Shown here piece by piece: positions 17,940 to 27,762 of a stretch of 54,567 nt of DNA; positions within the stretch are counted from its first letter, which is position 1; the number at the start of each line of letters is the position of its first letter. The notes beneath the pieces are model-generated. The model worked only from the letters and a program-made list of their open reading frames with translations, did no database searches and was not told the DNA's origin. The position numbers were made by a program, and so were the translations under genes. Source of the stretch: a virus. The stretch is from IMG/VR virus record IMGVR_UViG_3300048762_000248, positions 1 through 54,567 of that record; one strand, written 5' to 3'.

Positions 17940-19126
17940 GACTCTATATATGATGGCATGGGTTTGTAATTTGTCAAGAATCCAAATAATTCATGCAACT
18001 TAAAGATAATAGGATGTAAAAACGGTAAGAGCCACCAAAATGGAACGAAAGCATATCCTTGTTGCACACGAATTTTTGTCATAAGCTCTAACTCCATGAA
18101 ACTAAGGGAGATATCAGTGCAAACGCTAGGCGCACCTTGTAATCTTTGTGAAGGTCTAAATGCAGCGAAGTGTCCAACTGGAGTGTAATTTACAGAAACG
18201 TTTGTACAGGCGCATGTGCTGATCTTGTTCAAAAAATCATTTGGTTTTCCATTTGAATAATATTGGATGTCAAACTCAGCCGGATAAATCCAGAAACGAC
18301 CAGCCCAACCTTGCATGATTTCTGGTGCAGCGTAGAATTTGAATGCTCGAATAATGTTGTCTACATTAACAGCTTCGTCTTCGCTCTCTGGAGTAAACCG
18401 AAAATTAAAAGTGAATGTCCGAAATGTAATTCCATTGAAGATTACTTCTTGGTGATTGTTGATGACTAATCGACTAGCGAGACTAGCCGCATCTTTTAAA
18501 TTCATATCAGTGAAGCTATTTGCCCAATCACCAACATGCTTAATTGCAGACATACCGCCTGATGTGAATAAGTCTTTTAAAGATCCGCCCTTGATTAAAT
18601 CAACAGTTTCTTTTGCCATGCCAAGTTCTGTCTCTGACCAATTTGCTGCGTAAGAAGCTGTAATTTCTGGCGGCATATACAAAACAATGGTGGTTGCCAC
18701 ACGATTGGTTGGTCTGTGCATTTGTGCTATGACACTTTGATTTGCTGAGTTTCCATTTTTGCCGTTTGTTGAATTTCCATTCGGATCTCCATTTGGATCT
18801 TTCGGTGTTCCGTCCGCATTCCATTCATTTGTCATAGTGTTTATATTAATGGCGGATTGATTCCATTCTGGACCAAGTTGTGACATTGGTCTATTCTGCG
18901 AAGGGCCTACAAACGAACCATTTGGACCAACACCTGGACCGCTGGTAGTATATTGTGTATTATAAGATTCGTTAATATGAAAAACAATGTAATGATCTTT
19001 TCCTGCGACGGATGCGCCTAAGTCCAATGGGTATATAAAATTGGCATAAGCATACTTATTAGTGTCAAGGTCGCCTAATGGTTGGCTTATACCTTGAGTT
19101 TGACCGGGCGTCTGTGTGTCTGGCAT
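17762..19126 (-). CDS. putative virion structural protein (family not recognised)
   Basis: 454-aa ORF with Asn/Gly/Thr-rich N-terminal region, beta-rich composition; last 59 codons overlap the HEG start and are unusually hydrophobic. Confidence 0.45.
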   Translation of the reverse strand: MPDTQTPGQTQGISQPLGDLDTNKYAYANFIYPLDLGASVAGKDHYIVFHINESYNTQYTTSGPGVGPNGSFVGPSQNRPMSQLGPEWNQSAININTMTNEWNADGTPKDPNGDPNGNSTNGKNGNSANQSVIAQMHRPTNRVATTIVLYMPPEITASYAANWSETELGMAKETVDLIKGGSLKDLFTSGGMSAIKHVGDWANSFTDMNLKDAASLASRLVINNHQEVIFNGITFRTFTFNFRFTPESEDEAVNVDNIIRAFKFYAAPEIMQGWAGRFWIYPAEFDIQYYSNGKPNDFLNKISTCACTNVSVNYTPVGHFAAFRPSQRLQGAPSVCTDISLSFMELELMTKIRVQQGYAFVPFWWLLPFLHPIIFKLHELFGFLTNYKPMPSYIESWSILAILSLIMLMGKSMWDLLPIHNNAGGNTAVMPLISGVMRSMKQFGNMVLKIFHLK

Positions 19127-19650
19127 CGTACTTATTATTTAGTTCCCTAAATACAAATGTGAATACTCAAGAGCAAGTTCAAGAAATCTCCGAAAAGAAA
19201 AATCGTCCACGCTGGCATGGAACCAGGAAGGGATTTTTTAATCCAAAAAATCCGGCTAAGTATGAAGGTAGAGTGGATAAAATCATATATCGCTCAAAAC
19301 TAGAATTGAGGATTATGAAGTACTTGGACAATCACCCTGATGTTTTGAAATGGTCGTCGGAAGAGTTAACCATTCCTTATATCAAGCCAACTGATGGCAA
19401 GATTCATCGATATTTTGTTGATTTCAAGGCCACGCTTAAACACAAAGATGGAATAATTCGAACTACTTTACTTGAGTCGAAATGGTCAACTGCTACGGTA
19501 CCACCCAAGGTTCCAAAGAAGCGGACTAAGCGCTATATGCGGGAATGCTACGATTGGATTATAAATTCTGCAAAATGGGAAGCAGCACAAAAGCTTTGCA
19601 AAAAGAACGATTGGGACTGGATGATCCTTACTGAGAAACACGCACTCTAA
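19078..19650 (+). CDS. PD-(D/E)xK restriction-endonuclease-fold protein (tentative)
   Basis: YFVDFKAT...RTTLLESK fits D-x(n)-E-x-K; sits between divergent structural genes. Confidence 0.4.
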   Translation: MVGLYLEFDRASVCLASYLLFSSLNTNVNTQEQVQEISEKKNRPRWHGTRKGFFNPKNPAKYEGRVDKIIYRSKLELRIMKYLDNHPDVLKWSSEELTIPYIKPTDGKIHRYFVDFKATLKHKDGIIRTTLLESKWSTATVPPKVPKKRTKRYMRECYDWIINSAKWEAAQKLCKKNDWDWMILTEKHAL

Positions 19651-21023
19651 TGCCAATACGAAATTTAGATGAATCGGAAATAAAACGAATTGCCGCCAAA
19701 TATATTCATGATGTCGAATCTAAGACTATTCCCAACATTAGAGAATTGATTGAAAACGCTATCAGAAAGGCATCGCCGGAGCGCCAATTAGATCAACAAG
19801 ATGTTCATACTGTTATTTCTCAACTGGTTAAAAAATCTAAAATTGATGACCAAGTTATAATTCAAGAAGCCAAAAAACAAGTCGATCATGCAGCCTTAGA
19901 AGACTTGAAACATCAGATTCAAAGCAACGCCAGACAACTCAAACATAAAATCAGTGATGATGAAGTAGATCTTATCATTAGAACATCAAAACTTACTCCA
20001 AATAAGTCAATTCTACAAATCCGAAAGGCGGTTCAACAATATTTTTCATCGGGCAGGCCGCTTGAATACATTCCACCAACCGAATTACAAAAGATGATTC
20101 GGGACGAATTACAGAAGGTTGGCCCGGTTGATGAACGTGATGTGAGGGCGATCTTAGAAAAATACATAGAAGGTGCTGACCCGGACAAGCCTCTTGATGT
20201 TGCTGAAATGCAGCGTATCATTAAGGGGCAAATGGAAGGCAGAAAAGCTAGTCCACAAACTATTGTAAAATCGGAACAGAAGGGGCAAGGACCGGCAAAA
20301 TCTCAAACCAGCCGGATTGCAACACCAAAAGAAAAAGAAGAACAAAAACTTGGAAAAGATACAAAAAATGATGTTAAAGCAGGTGCATGGGTACCACCGA
20401 AAGACCCAACAAATCTCACATTCTTTGAAAAAATTCGTTTTAAATTGCGTCGATATGGAATCAAATCGTTATCTCGTGGCGCACGCAATTGGCTCACCGA
20501 TGAAGTGACAACACTGAGTAAAAGCCAAATAAACCGAAAGAAATTATTGCAAGAAGGCGAGACCGTTGCGGAAGCCATGATCGGCAAGATGTTTATGTAC
20601 TTTTACAATGCGAAGACTAAGGATGTTTTGCCATATTGGGATAAATTTCCCTTAGTGATCTGCATAGAGTTATACAATGATGGTTGGCTTGGGTTAAACT
20701 TACATTATTTGGATTATCGTCTTCGGATGAAGTTGTTTGATAAACTACTCCAATATGCGAATGATAAATCATTAGACAAGATTACAAAATTGAGATTATC
20801 TTATGGTTTGTTGAAAAGTGTAGCCAAGTTTCCAGAAGTGCGGCCTACAATTAAACGGTATTTGGCGTCATATGTAAAGAGTGAGTTATTGCCTATAGAC
20901 GCTATCGATTGGGAAATCGCACTTTTTCTTCCTGTTTCTCAATTTCAGAAAGAACGACGGGAAACTGTTTGGGAGAAAAGCAGAGCCAAAATTGAATATT
21001 TGAAGCGGTTCAGAAGAAAATAA
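19650..21023 (+). CDS. hypothetical highly charged Lys-rich protein (virion module)
   Basis: 457-aa ORF, stop/start overlap with upstream gene. Confidence 0.45.
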   Translation: MPIRNLDESEIKRIAAKYIHDVESKTIPNIRELIENAIRKASPERQLDQQDVHTVISQLVKKSKIDDQVIIQEAKKQVDHAALEDLKHQIQSNARQLKHKISDDEVDLIIRTSKLTPNKSILQIRKAVQQYFSSGRPLEYIPPTELQKMIRDELQKVGPVDERDVRAILEKYIEGADPDKPLDVAEMQRIIKGQMEGRKASPQTIVKSEQKGQGPAKSQTSRIATPKEKEEQKLGKDTKNDVKAGAWVPPKDPTNLTFFEKIRFKLRRYGIKSLSRGARNWLTDEVTTLSKSQINRKKLLQEGETVAEAMIGKMFMYFYNAKTKDVLPYWDKFPLVICIELYNDGWLGLNLHYLDYRLRMKLFDKLLQYANDKSLDKITKLRLSYGLLKSVAKFPEVRPTIKRYLASYVKSELLPIDAIDWEIALFLPVSQFQKERRETVWEKSRAKIEYLKRFRRK

Positions 21024-21114
21024 TTATGAAAGGTCCAAAACCATTAACAACCGAGGAATTCATTAGACGTTCTAAATTGATTCATGGGTTTCAATGCTTA
21101 TTGAGAGGTTCAAC

Positions 21115-21879
21115 ATGTCATTAAATGTCAACCAATTTCTAGCACAGGTGTCCGCTGCCCAAGGATTTGCAAAACAAAATCGATATGATGTGTTGATTCC
21201 GGCAGAACTGCTTGGCAAAAATTCAACTGCAATTTTCAAAGCTATTACAGTAGCGTACAAAACACTGGACAAACCCATCAATACATCGGACTGGATGACG
21301 GATTTTTTTGATGCCGATTTAAATGCTCAGGCGCTTCGACTTACTGCTTTCTGTGAAAAAAGCGAATTACCGTCGTATCAATTTCAACTTGAGACTGTTC
21401 GTCATTATGGGCCAACGTTCAAGATTCCACATATGCCGGAATATCAAGATACCACTATGACATTCATGTGCGGATCGGACATGTTGGAACGCTATTTCTT
21501 CGATGCTTGGATGTATTTGGTTATGGACCCAATCAGCAACGACTTTAATTACAAAAATGAGTATGCCGCAGAAATTGAAATTTTGCAATACAAGGAATCT
21601 GCGGAATATCAAAATGTGGATCTTACAGCAGCCGGGGCCAACTACACAGTTTATTGTAACTACTATACCAAATTGATTGATGCTTTCCCAATTGCCATCA
21701 ATGTTCAAGATATTGGTTATGACACGAACAACAGTATTCAGAAAGTTTCGGTCACATTTTCATATAAGTTCGCCGTTCCATATCTTGGAAAGGGGTCTAC
21801 TACAGGCACTTCGATTCGTGGCAATCAAGCTGCTTTTCAGGATACTGTTTCACTCAGGCCACCGCCGCCACCACTGTAA
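21115..21879 (+). CDS. putative tail tube-like structural protein (low confidence)
   Basis: GAGAGG RBS before ATG 21115; beta-rich, position before chaperone-like and giant tail protein genes; weak resemblance of termini to myovirus tube proteins. Confidence 0.4.
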   Translation: MSLNVNQFLAQVSAAQGFAKQNRYDVLIPAELLGKNSTAIFKAITVAYKTLDKPINTSDWMTDFFDADLNAQALRLTAFCEKSELPSYQFQLETVRHYGPTFKIPHMPEYQDTTMTFMCGSDMLERYFFDAWMYLVMDPISNDFNYKNEYAAEIEILQYKESAEYQNVDLTAAGANYTVYCNYYTKLIDAFPIAINVQDIGYDTNNSIQKVSVTFSYKFAVPYLGKGSTTGTSIRGNQAAFQDTVSLRPPPPPL

Positions 21880-21916
21880 TACATAACCACGTTCTTTATA
21901 CTGACTATATAAAGAC

Positions 21917-22651
21917 ATGCCCCTTCCAAATTTAGAAAAGATGGTGCCGACTTTTCCGGTGACCATTCCTTCCACTCAGCAAATAGTAACCTTTAGACCA
22001 TTTCTGGTCAAAGAAGAAAAAATTCTGTTGATCGCACTCGAAGCCAATGACGAAAAGGCTATGCTTGATGCTGTCATCCAAGTAGTCATGGCGTGCGCCA
22101 TCGGGCCGCTAAAGGTAGAGACACTTGCCAATTTCGATCTAGAGTACATTTTCTTACAACTTCGAGCACGTTCAATCAATGAAGTTATTGAACTCGCATA
22201 CAAATGTCACAATCAAGTTGCTAAAAATGAAGGTTCTCTAGGTTCTTGTGATAATATTGTCAAATTGAAAATTAACTTTGACGAAATCAAAGTGCAATTC
22301 AATCCAAACCACAAAAAGCAAATTTTTCTGACGGAAACGATGGGTGTCAATATGCGATACCCAAATTTAAAGACAGAGAATTTTAAGGGTAAAGACAAAG
22401 GCATCACAGAAATTCTCCAACAGGTGGCGACATGTATTGAGTCAGTATTTGATAGTACATCAGTTTATACCAACTTTACTACCAAAGAAATTTCTGAATG
22501 GATCGAGAAATTGACACAAATTCAATTTCTAAAAATTCAAGAATTTTTCGATACGATGCCGGTCTTAGCGCACGATGCTTTATTTCATTGCCCAAAATGT
22601 GACTATCAAGAAACTATTCACATTGAAGGTCTGGCAAGTTTTTTCGTCTAG
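21917..22651 (+). CDS. structural/assembly protein with C-terminal zinc ribbon
   Basis: 244-aa ORF ending CPKCDYQETIH. Confidence 0.45.
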   Translation: MPLPNLEKMVPTFPVTIPSTQQIVTFRPFLVKEEKILLIALEANDEKAMLDAVIQVVMACAIGPLKVETLANFDLEYIFLQLRARSINEVIELAYKCHNQVAKNEGSLGSCDNIVKLKINFDEIKVQFNPNHKKQIFLTETMGVNMRYPNLKTENFKGKDKGITEILQQVATCIESVFDSTSVYTNFTTKEISEWIEKLTQIQFLKIQEFFDTMPVLAHDALFHCPKCDYQETIHIEGLASFFV

Positions 22652-22888
22652 GTCTCGGTCACACTTCCCTGAGTATGATGTTTCTTATAAACTTTAACCT
22701 TTCATTTCATCATCATTACTCATTGACTGAGATAGAAATGCTAATGCCATGGGAACGGGATGTTTATGTGAAACTTGTGACGGAATATATTGAAGTCGAG
22801 AACGAACGCATCGCAACAGAGAACAGAAACAAAGCAAACAAACAACATTAAGGAACTTCGGACTAAATACTTTAATGGAGGGTAAGTT

Positions 22889-23242
22889 ATGCCGATGCCG
22901 ATCCAATCAAGTGATGTTCTGAGTTGGATCAAAAGCAACCAATTGATATTGGGGCTTTTGCTGTCAGCAATCGTTATTACGATGCCGGAAAAACTACCGC
23001 ATTGGAGAGAATTTCCAGAGTGGTTGTGGGAATGGACACGTGATGCGTCGAAGACATTTATGAACTTCCGTCATTCTGGTGTTCCCGTTTCTGATGTAAC
23101 ACACTTGCAGCATGAAGCCTTAACTCTTGAAGTTCAAAAAGATGTTGGTGTTCAAAAAGTAGAATCAGAAGAAGCTCTTGAAGTTAAAAAAGTAGAATCA
23201 AAAAAAGCTATTCAAAAAGTAGCACAACTTTTGAACGAGTAA
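22889..23242 (+). CDS. small membrane protein with repeated VQK/VES motifs
   Basis: LILGLLLSAIVITM TM segment; C-terminal repeats KVESEEALEVKKVESKKAIQKV. Confidence 0.35.
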   Translation: MPMPIQSSDVLSWIKSNQLILGLLLSAIVITMPEKLPHWREFPEWLWEWTRDASKTFMNFRHSGVPVSDVTHLQHEALTLEVQKDVGVQKVESEEALEVKKVESKKAIQKVAQLLNE

Positions 23243-23248
23243 AGTTAA

Positions 23249-26200
23249 ATGTCATTTGATCCAAAAAAAACAGTTGATGTAAGCACGATGGCTTTGGTTG
23301 ACAAAGAAGGATTGATTGACGACCTTGCGAAGCGTTTGAAACAGGAAATTAAAAATTCTGTTGTGGATTCTATTACCGCTGCACACGAAGAAATTGCAGA
23401 TATTCTTAAAGATGCTCAAAGTCAAACTGGTGGCAATTCAAATGCAGGTTCATCCACGGGAACCGGCAAGCGTGCGTCTTTTTCATCTCAAGGCAGAACA
23501 AGATCGTCGTCATCAAACAAAGATTTTGAGCAGTCTTTAAAAGATGAAGATGCCGCAGGCAAGGTAATCAAAAAACTTGATGTGGAAGTAAACAAACAAA
23601 TTAAAGAAAATCAGAAAAAGTCCATTGGAAAGCATCTTACTTCTAGAAAAATTGGAGAAAATTTAAATCAGGTTGCCGGTAGATTTCAATCGGAATCTAG
23701 CGATGAATTAGAAAATACTATAAAGGAACTTGACGAAACTTTAGAGGGAATTAAAATTGCCGATCTTGGAGAGAAAGGCAAAAAACTTACTGAATCAACA
23801 ATAAACCTACAGAAAGCAGTTATTGATGAATCGAGAAAAAGAAAAACTATACTTGGTAAAATGGGAGGTTTGTTAGAAGAAGAAGGTATCAATGCCGCCA
23901 GTATCATCACCGGAATTTTAGGTGACTCTCCAATGATGGGTTTGCTGACAAAGGCCACGTTGGAAGTCTTCAAACATTTCAAAGAAAAAGCGAAGAAAAA
24001 GCGAGCAGAAAAATTAAAATTCGGAAATGTTCAGGAGCAAATTCCCCGCCCAGAAACTCCAAATGAAGCCCCACAAAATCCAAAACATGATATAAAAAGT
24101 GTTCATGATGCACTTCTTAAACAACCACCAGGAGTGCGTCAAAAAAGCTTGGATGATCTTTTGCAAAAAGGACAGATCACACAAGATGAATATGACAATG
24201 AATCAAAATTTTTGTTTTCGCCTGAACAATACAATGCTCCACCACCCATAACTAAGGCTGAAGAACATAATTATGATTTCAAGCAGAACCTTCCGCCTGA
24301 TGTTACTTCGCCTACGCCAGTTGAACCCGAAGAAGCACCTTGGAATTACGATAGACCGCCACGGGAGTTTGACGATATTGCCAATGAATTAAGTCAACAG
24401 TCCAAAGGACAAGGACGTGCGTGGGATAAAAAACAGGCCGACGAACGATTTGATGACTCACAAAAAGCAAATCTACGTAAGAAAAAAGAAGAATTAGAAG
24501 AAGCTAAAAAAAATCTGGAGTCTGTGTCTAAACAACCAGATGCCGATGTAGAAGCTGGAGAAGGTCTTTTTAATTCTCCGGTTGCTAATGCCAAATTGGT
24601 AATAAAACAATTGGAAGAAAGAGTTGCGGATCTTGAAAAATTGATTAAGGACGCAGCCGAAAAGAAAAATACTCAAGAAGAAACAGCACGTGCGGCTGCA
24701 AGATATGCTGAAGGGGGAACGCCAGAAAGAGTAACACAAGAAAGTGTGCCTGGAATTGGAGATTTGTTTGCGTCAGAGCAGGTATCATCGAACGTTAGAA
24801 TGATGCCTACATTTGACGAGCAGAAAAAGAACAGGGAAGCTGAATTTGGGCAGGCTCGTACTCATGTAATACCACAGATGGCTGCACGGCCAGAACTTGT
24901 AAGAGCGGAAGAATCCGAAGAAGTCATCCCGCATCTTCAACCAGAGTTGGTGAAAGAAGAAAAACCAGATGAAGGAAATGGCTTAGATAATGTTGTTTCA
25001 ATCCTTAAAGGTGAGAAAAAAACTGAAGAAGATGAGAGTAAGAAACTTGATGTTTTCAGTTGGCGCAATCGTAAAAACAGATTGAATCCATTTTTTATTT
25101 TGGAGAAACATTCTAGTGACATGTTGGTTGAATTGAAAGCTATTAAAGCTTTGTTAACAAAACAACTTGAAGAAACTGATGAAGCGGCTGACGCTGCGGA
25201 GCGGGCTACTAAAGAAAAAGGTGCTGAAGGAGCAGGAGAAAGTGGAGGTCTTGGAGGCATAGCTGGACTGCTTAAGAAAATGCAAGGCGGCACCCTGAAA
25301 GGGATGCTGATGGATATGTTTATTGAGCAACTTGGAACGCAAGGTCTTTTAGCGGGCGGCAAACTTGCAGTGAAAAAAGTTGCTAAAATGTTCGGTAAAA
25401 AAGCTATAGAAAAAGTTGCGGAAACTGCTGCGGAAGATGTTGCGGAAGATGTTGCGGTTGATGCAGCGGCAGCGGCAACGGAAGCAGCGGTTCCTGTAGC
25501 GGTTGATGCGGCGGCTACCGCAGCGGCCACGGCTGGCGCAACAGCGGCAGGTACGGCGGGAGCGGCAACGGCAGGTACGGTAGCAGCAGGTACGGCGGCA
25601 ACAGCGGCAGGTACGGCAGGTGCGGCAACGGCAGCAGGTACAGCGGCAACAGCGGCAGGTACGGCAGGTGCGGCGGCAGGAGGGTTAGGCATTGGCGCTG
25701 CTGCTATTCCTGTCGCTGTTGGAGTAGCACTTGCTGGTGGTATTGCTGCCACTGCAAGGGCAACTGGTGCAGATAAGGCAATGGCTGGAGGAAACAATAA
25801 TGTTGTTCCTGGTGTAACCATAGACGATTGGACTCACTTTTTAGTTGATGCATTAAAGGACAATGGTGTAGATGTTTCACGCCGTTGGTATGATGTGAGC
25901 TATGCTAAGTGGTCAAATTCGGTCTTAGACGCAAGGGATGCAATGAATAAAAAGACCGGTAGTAAACAATGGTTTCAAGACTGGCTTATAAAAAACCATC
26001 CTGATGCGGCTAAAAAAATATGGGGAGATGTAGTAAAAAAACAAGAAACAACGTCACCAACTCCAGCTACAGCAGGAGCAATGACGGGTGGCGAAACCAC
26101 TGGCGGCGTTGCTGGTACAGCACCGGAAAAAGTTGGTGGTGGCGCACCTGTTAGCGGTTTAGCACCAGGAGCAGCAGGAGCAGGAGGAACATCAGACATT

Positions 26201-26884
26201 TCTGGTATGCATGTTTCGGACGCTGGCTTGGAAGAACTTAAAAGTAGTGAAGGACTAAAGAAAGAAATTTCTCCTGATGCACAAGGAAAATCATCTATTG
26301 GTTATGGACACGATTTGCTTCCTGGAGAAGAAGAAAAATATAAGAGTGGAATTTCCGAAGCAGAAGCTACTGAGTTACTTAAAAAAGATGTTGCTGAAAG
26401 ATATGAAAGTTTAGTAAAGAAAGGTGTTAAAGTTCCACTCAAACAGGATCAATTTGATGCGCTCACATCAATGGCTTATAATGTAGGACATGTACCACAA
26501 TCCGTTCTTACTAAAATCAATGCTGGAGATATGGCCGGTGCTGCGACGGCAATACAGAAATTTGGAAATAAGGTCAATCCAGAATTGATATCTCGTCGTC
26601 AAAAGGAAAGTACATTATTTGCTGGAAATGCGCCATCGGCTGCTACTGGAGTACTGTTAGCCGAAAATGTGTCGCCTACTGCCGATCAGGGAGTACGTTT
26701 AACCAAAGCTTCAACAGAACAAAAAGATTTGCAAAGAAGTGCGGAAAATACACCAGTCGGAAATATTAACACAGTGATTGCACCATCAACGGTCGCAAAT
26801 AATACCACGGTTCAAGATACGAAAGCGTTAAATTCAGAGCCAACTTATCAACGAGTAATGAATGCACAATATGCAACTGTATGA
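23249..26884 (+). CDS. giant tail/ejection protein (tape-measure or internal-virion-protein-like) with C-terminal GH24 lysozyme domain
   Basis: 1211 aa, long coiled-coil/charged region, Ala/Gly/Thr-rich hydrophobic stretch (aa about 735-850), then EGLKKEISPDAQGKSSIGYGH...DQFDALTSMAYNVG phage-lysozyme (T4-lysozyme-like E...D...T) motif. Confidence 0.7.
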   Translation: MSFDPKKTVDVSTMALVDKEGLIDDLAKRLKQEIKNSVVDSITAAHEEIADILKDAQSQTGGNSNAGSSTGTGKRASFSSQGRTRSSSSNKDFEQSLKDEDAAGKVIKKLDVEVNKQIKENQKKSIGKHLTSRKIGENLNQVAGRFQSESSDELENTIKELDETLEGIKIADLGEKGKKLTESTINLQKAVIDESRKRKTILGKMGGLLEEEGINAASIITGILGDSPMMGLLTKATLEVFKHFKEKAKKKRAEKLKFGNVQEQIPRPETPNEAPQNPKHDIKSVHDALLKQPPGVRQKSLDDLLQKGQITQDEYDNESKFLFSPEQYNAPPPITKAEEHNYDFKQNLPPDVTSPTPVEPEEAPWNYDRPPREFDDIANELSQQSKGQGRAWDKKQADERFDDSQKANLRKKKEELEEAKKNLESVSKQPDADVEAGEGLFNSPVANAKLVIKQLEERVADLEKLIKDAAEKKNTQEETARAAARYAEGGTPERVTQESVPGIGDLFASEQVSSNVRMMPTFDEQKKNREAEFGQARTHVIPQMAARPELVRAEESEEVIPHLQPELVKEEKPDEGNGLDNVVSILKGEKKTEEDESKKLDVFSWRNRKNRLNPFFILEKHSSDMLVELKAIKALLTKQLEETDEAADAAERATKEKGAEGAGESGGLGGIAGLLKKMQGGTLKGMLMDMFIEQLGTQGLLAGGKLAVKKVAKMFGKKAIEKVAETAAEDVAEDVAVDAAAAATEAAVPVAVDAAATAAATAGATAAGTAGAATAGTVAAGTAATAAGTAGAATAAGTAATAAGTAGAAAGGLGIGAAAIPVAVGVALAGGIAATARATGADKAMAGGNNNVVPGVTIDDWTHFLVDALKDNGVDVSRRWYDVSYAKWSNSVLDARDAMNKKTGSKQWFQDWLIKNHPDAAKKIWGDVVKKQETTSPTPATAGAMTGGETTGGVAGTAPEKVGGGAPVSGLAPGAAGAGGTSDISGMHVSDAGLEELKSSEGLKKEISPDAQGKSSIGYGHDLLPGEEEKYKSGISEAEATELLKKDVAERYESLVKKGVKVPLKQDQFDALTSMAYNVGHVPQSVLTKINAGDMAGAATAIQKFGNKVNPELISRRQKESTLFAGNAPSAATGVLLAENVSPTADQGVRLTKASTEQKDLQRSAENTPVGNINTVIAPSTVANNTTVQDTKALNSEPTYQRVMNAQYATV
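25440..25690. repeat. tandem GCn-rich repeats (GCAACAGCGGCAGGTACGGCAGGTGCG-type)
   Basis: visible 24-30-nt near-repeats encoding (AAGTAGAAT)n within the giant protein. Confidence 0.5.
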
Positions 26885-26889
26885 AACAT

Positions 26890-27156
26890 TTAATCATCAT
26901 ATGCCCATTCGAGATGATGTGTGCGTTGAAACTCTTTTTCTACAATATGCTTGATGCTGGCAAGCGTCGATGTGGGTTTTTTGATAAGCGTTTTTTCCGG
27001 GCCAATAAAGCCACGGAATAATAGATTGTCACCAAAACCAATTTGTTCGACAATACCGCATTGCGATATCCATGTTGGGTTGTCGCCGGGATCTTCACAG
27101 CGTGTCCATTGGACGAATGTATCGGGATCACCAAGTTTCATGATCCTATCGTACAC
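26890..27156 (-). CDS. hypothetical protein
   Basis: 88-aa ORF. Confidence 0.3.
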   Translation of the reverse strand: MYDRIMKLGDPDTFVQWTRCEDPGDNPTWISQCGIVEQIGFGDNLLFRGFIGPEKTLIKKPTSTLASIKHIVEKEFQRTHHLEWAYDD

Positions 27157-27171
27157 CCAATTGAAAAGTTG

Positions 27172-27657
27172 TCAACTTCGTTTTTTCCGATAGTCTCCAA
27201 CGACTTCTAGTTCCCGGCGCATCACTTCGGTGAGAGCATCCTGCTCAGAAAGCCCCTTTTTGGCCATTAGGAGCTTCACAGCTTCGTTTCTGGTGGCTCG
27301 GATGGCATTACCCTTGGTTGTGGTGTCCTGATAGCTCAGAACGGCTGTATTGTCCATTAGGGCGTTGATCCATTCTTCCAGATCGTACTTGGTTGGAAGG
27401 CTTTGTGCTTCAAAATCGATTAGGCCGCATTCGGAGCATGAAAACGACACCTGTAGTTCAGAAGAGTCGTGAACACAGCACCCCTGCGTTACTTTTAGAT
27501 GGATTTTGAGCGTGCCTGTGCATGGAACTGGTGGATCAATAAATGATGCTTGAGCACCGGGACTATTGACCCAAGGCCAATCTGAGCGCATGGCGAGACG
27601 GCGGATTTTTTTCTTTTTTCCGTACTTTTCGTAGGCAATAATGTTGGTACACTTCAT
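27172..27657 (-). CDS. hypothetical protein
   Basis: 161-aa ORF, Cys pairs CTGT...CCVH...CSEC. Confidence 0.4.
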   Translation of the reverse strand: MKCTNIIAYEKYGKKKKIRRLAMRSDWPWVNSPGAQASFIDPPVPCTGTLKIHLKVTQGCCVHDSSELQVSFSCSECGLIDFEAQSLPTKYDLEEWINALMDNTAVLSYQDTTTKGNAIRATRNEAVKLLMAKKGLSEQDALTEVMRRELEVVGDYRKKRS

Positions 27658-27762
27658 GATTCAAGTATACCATACACTAACGGCGCTATATATTTTAACG
27701 GAACAATGCAGTAATTATGATACCGCATTGTTCCTTAACATAGCACTACTGGAGGTAGCGCA

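Noticed and set aside
17762-19126. T4 gp23-like major capsid protein call for the 454-aa ORF
   Set aside because: No resemblance to gp23/gp24 sequence blocks that I can recall. It is kept as a generic structural candidate only.
24937-25821. 294-aa Ala/Pro-rich minus-strand ORF
   Set aside because: It lies wholly inside the 1211-aa plus-strand gene, over its GC-rich Ala repeat, and is the antisense low-complexity frame.
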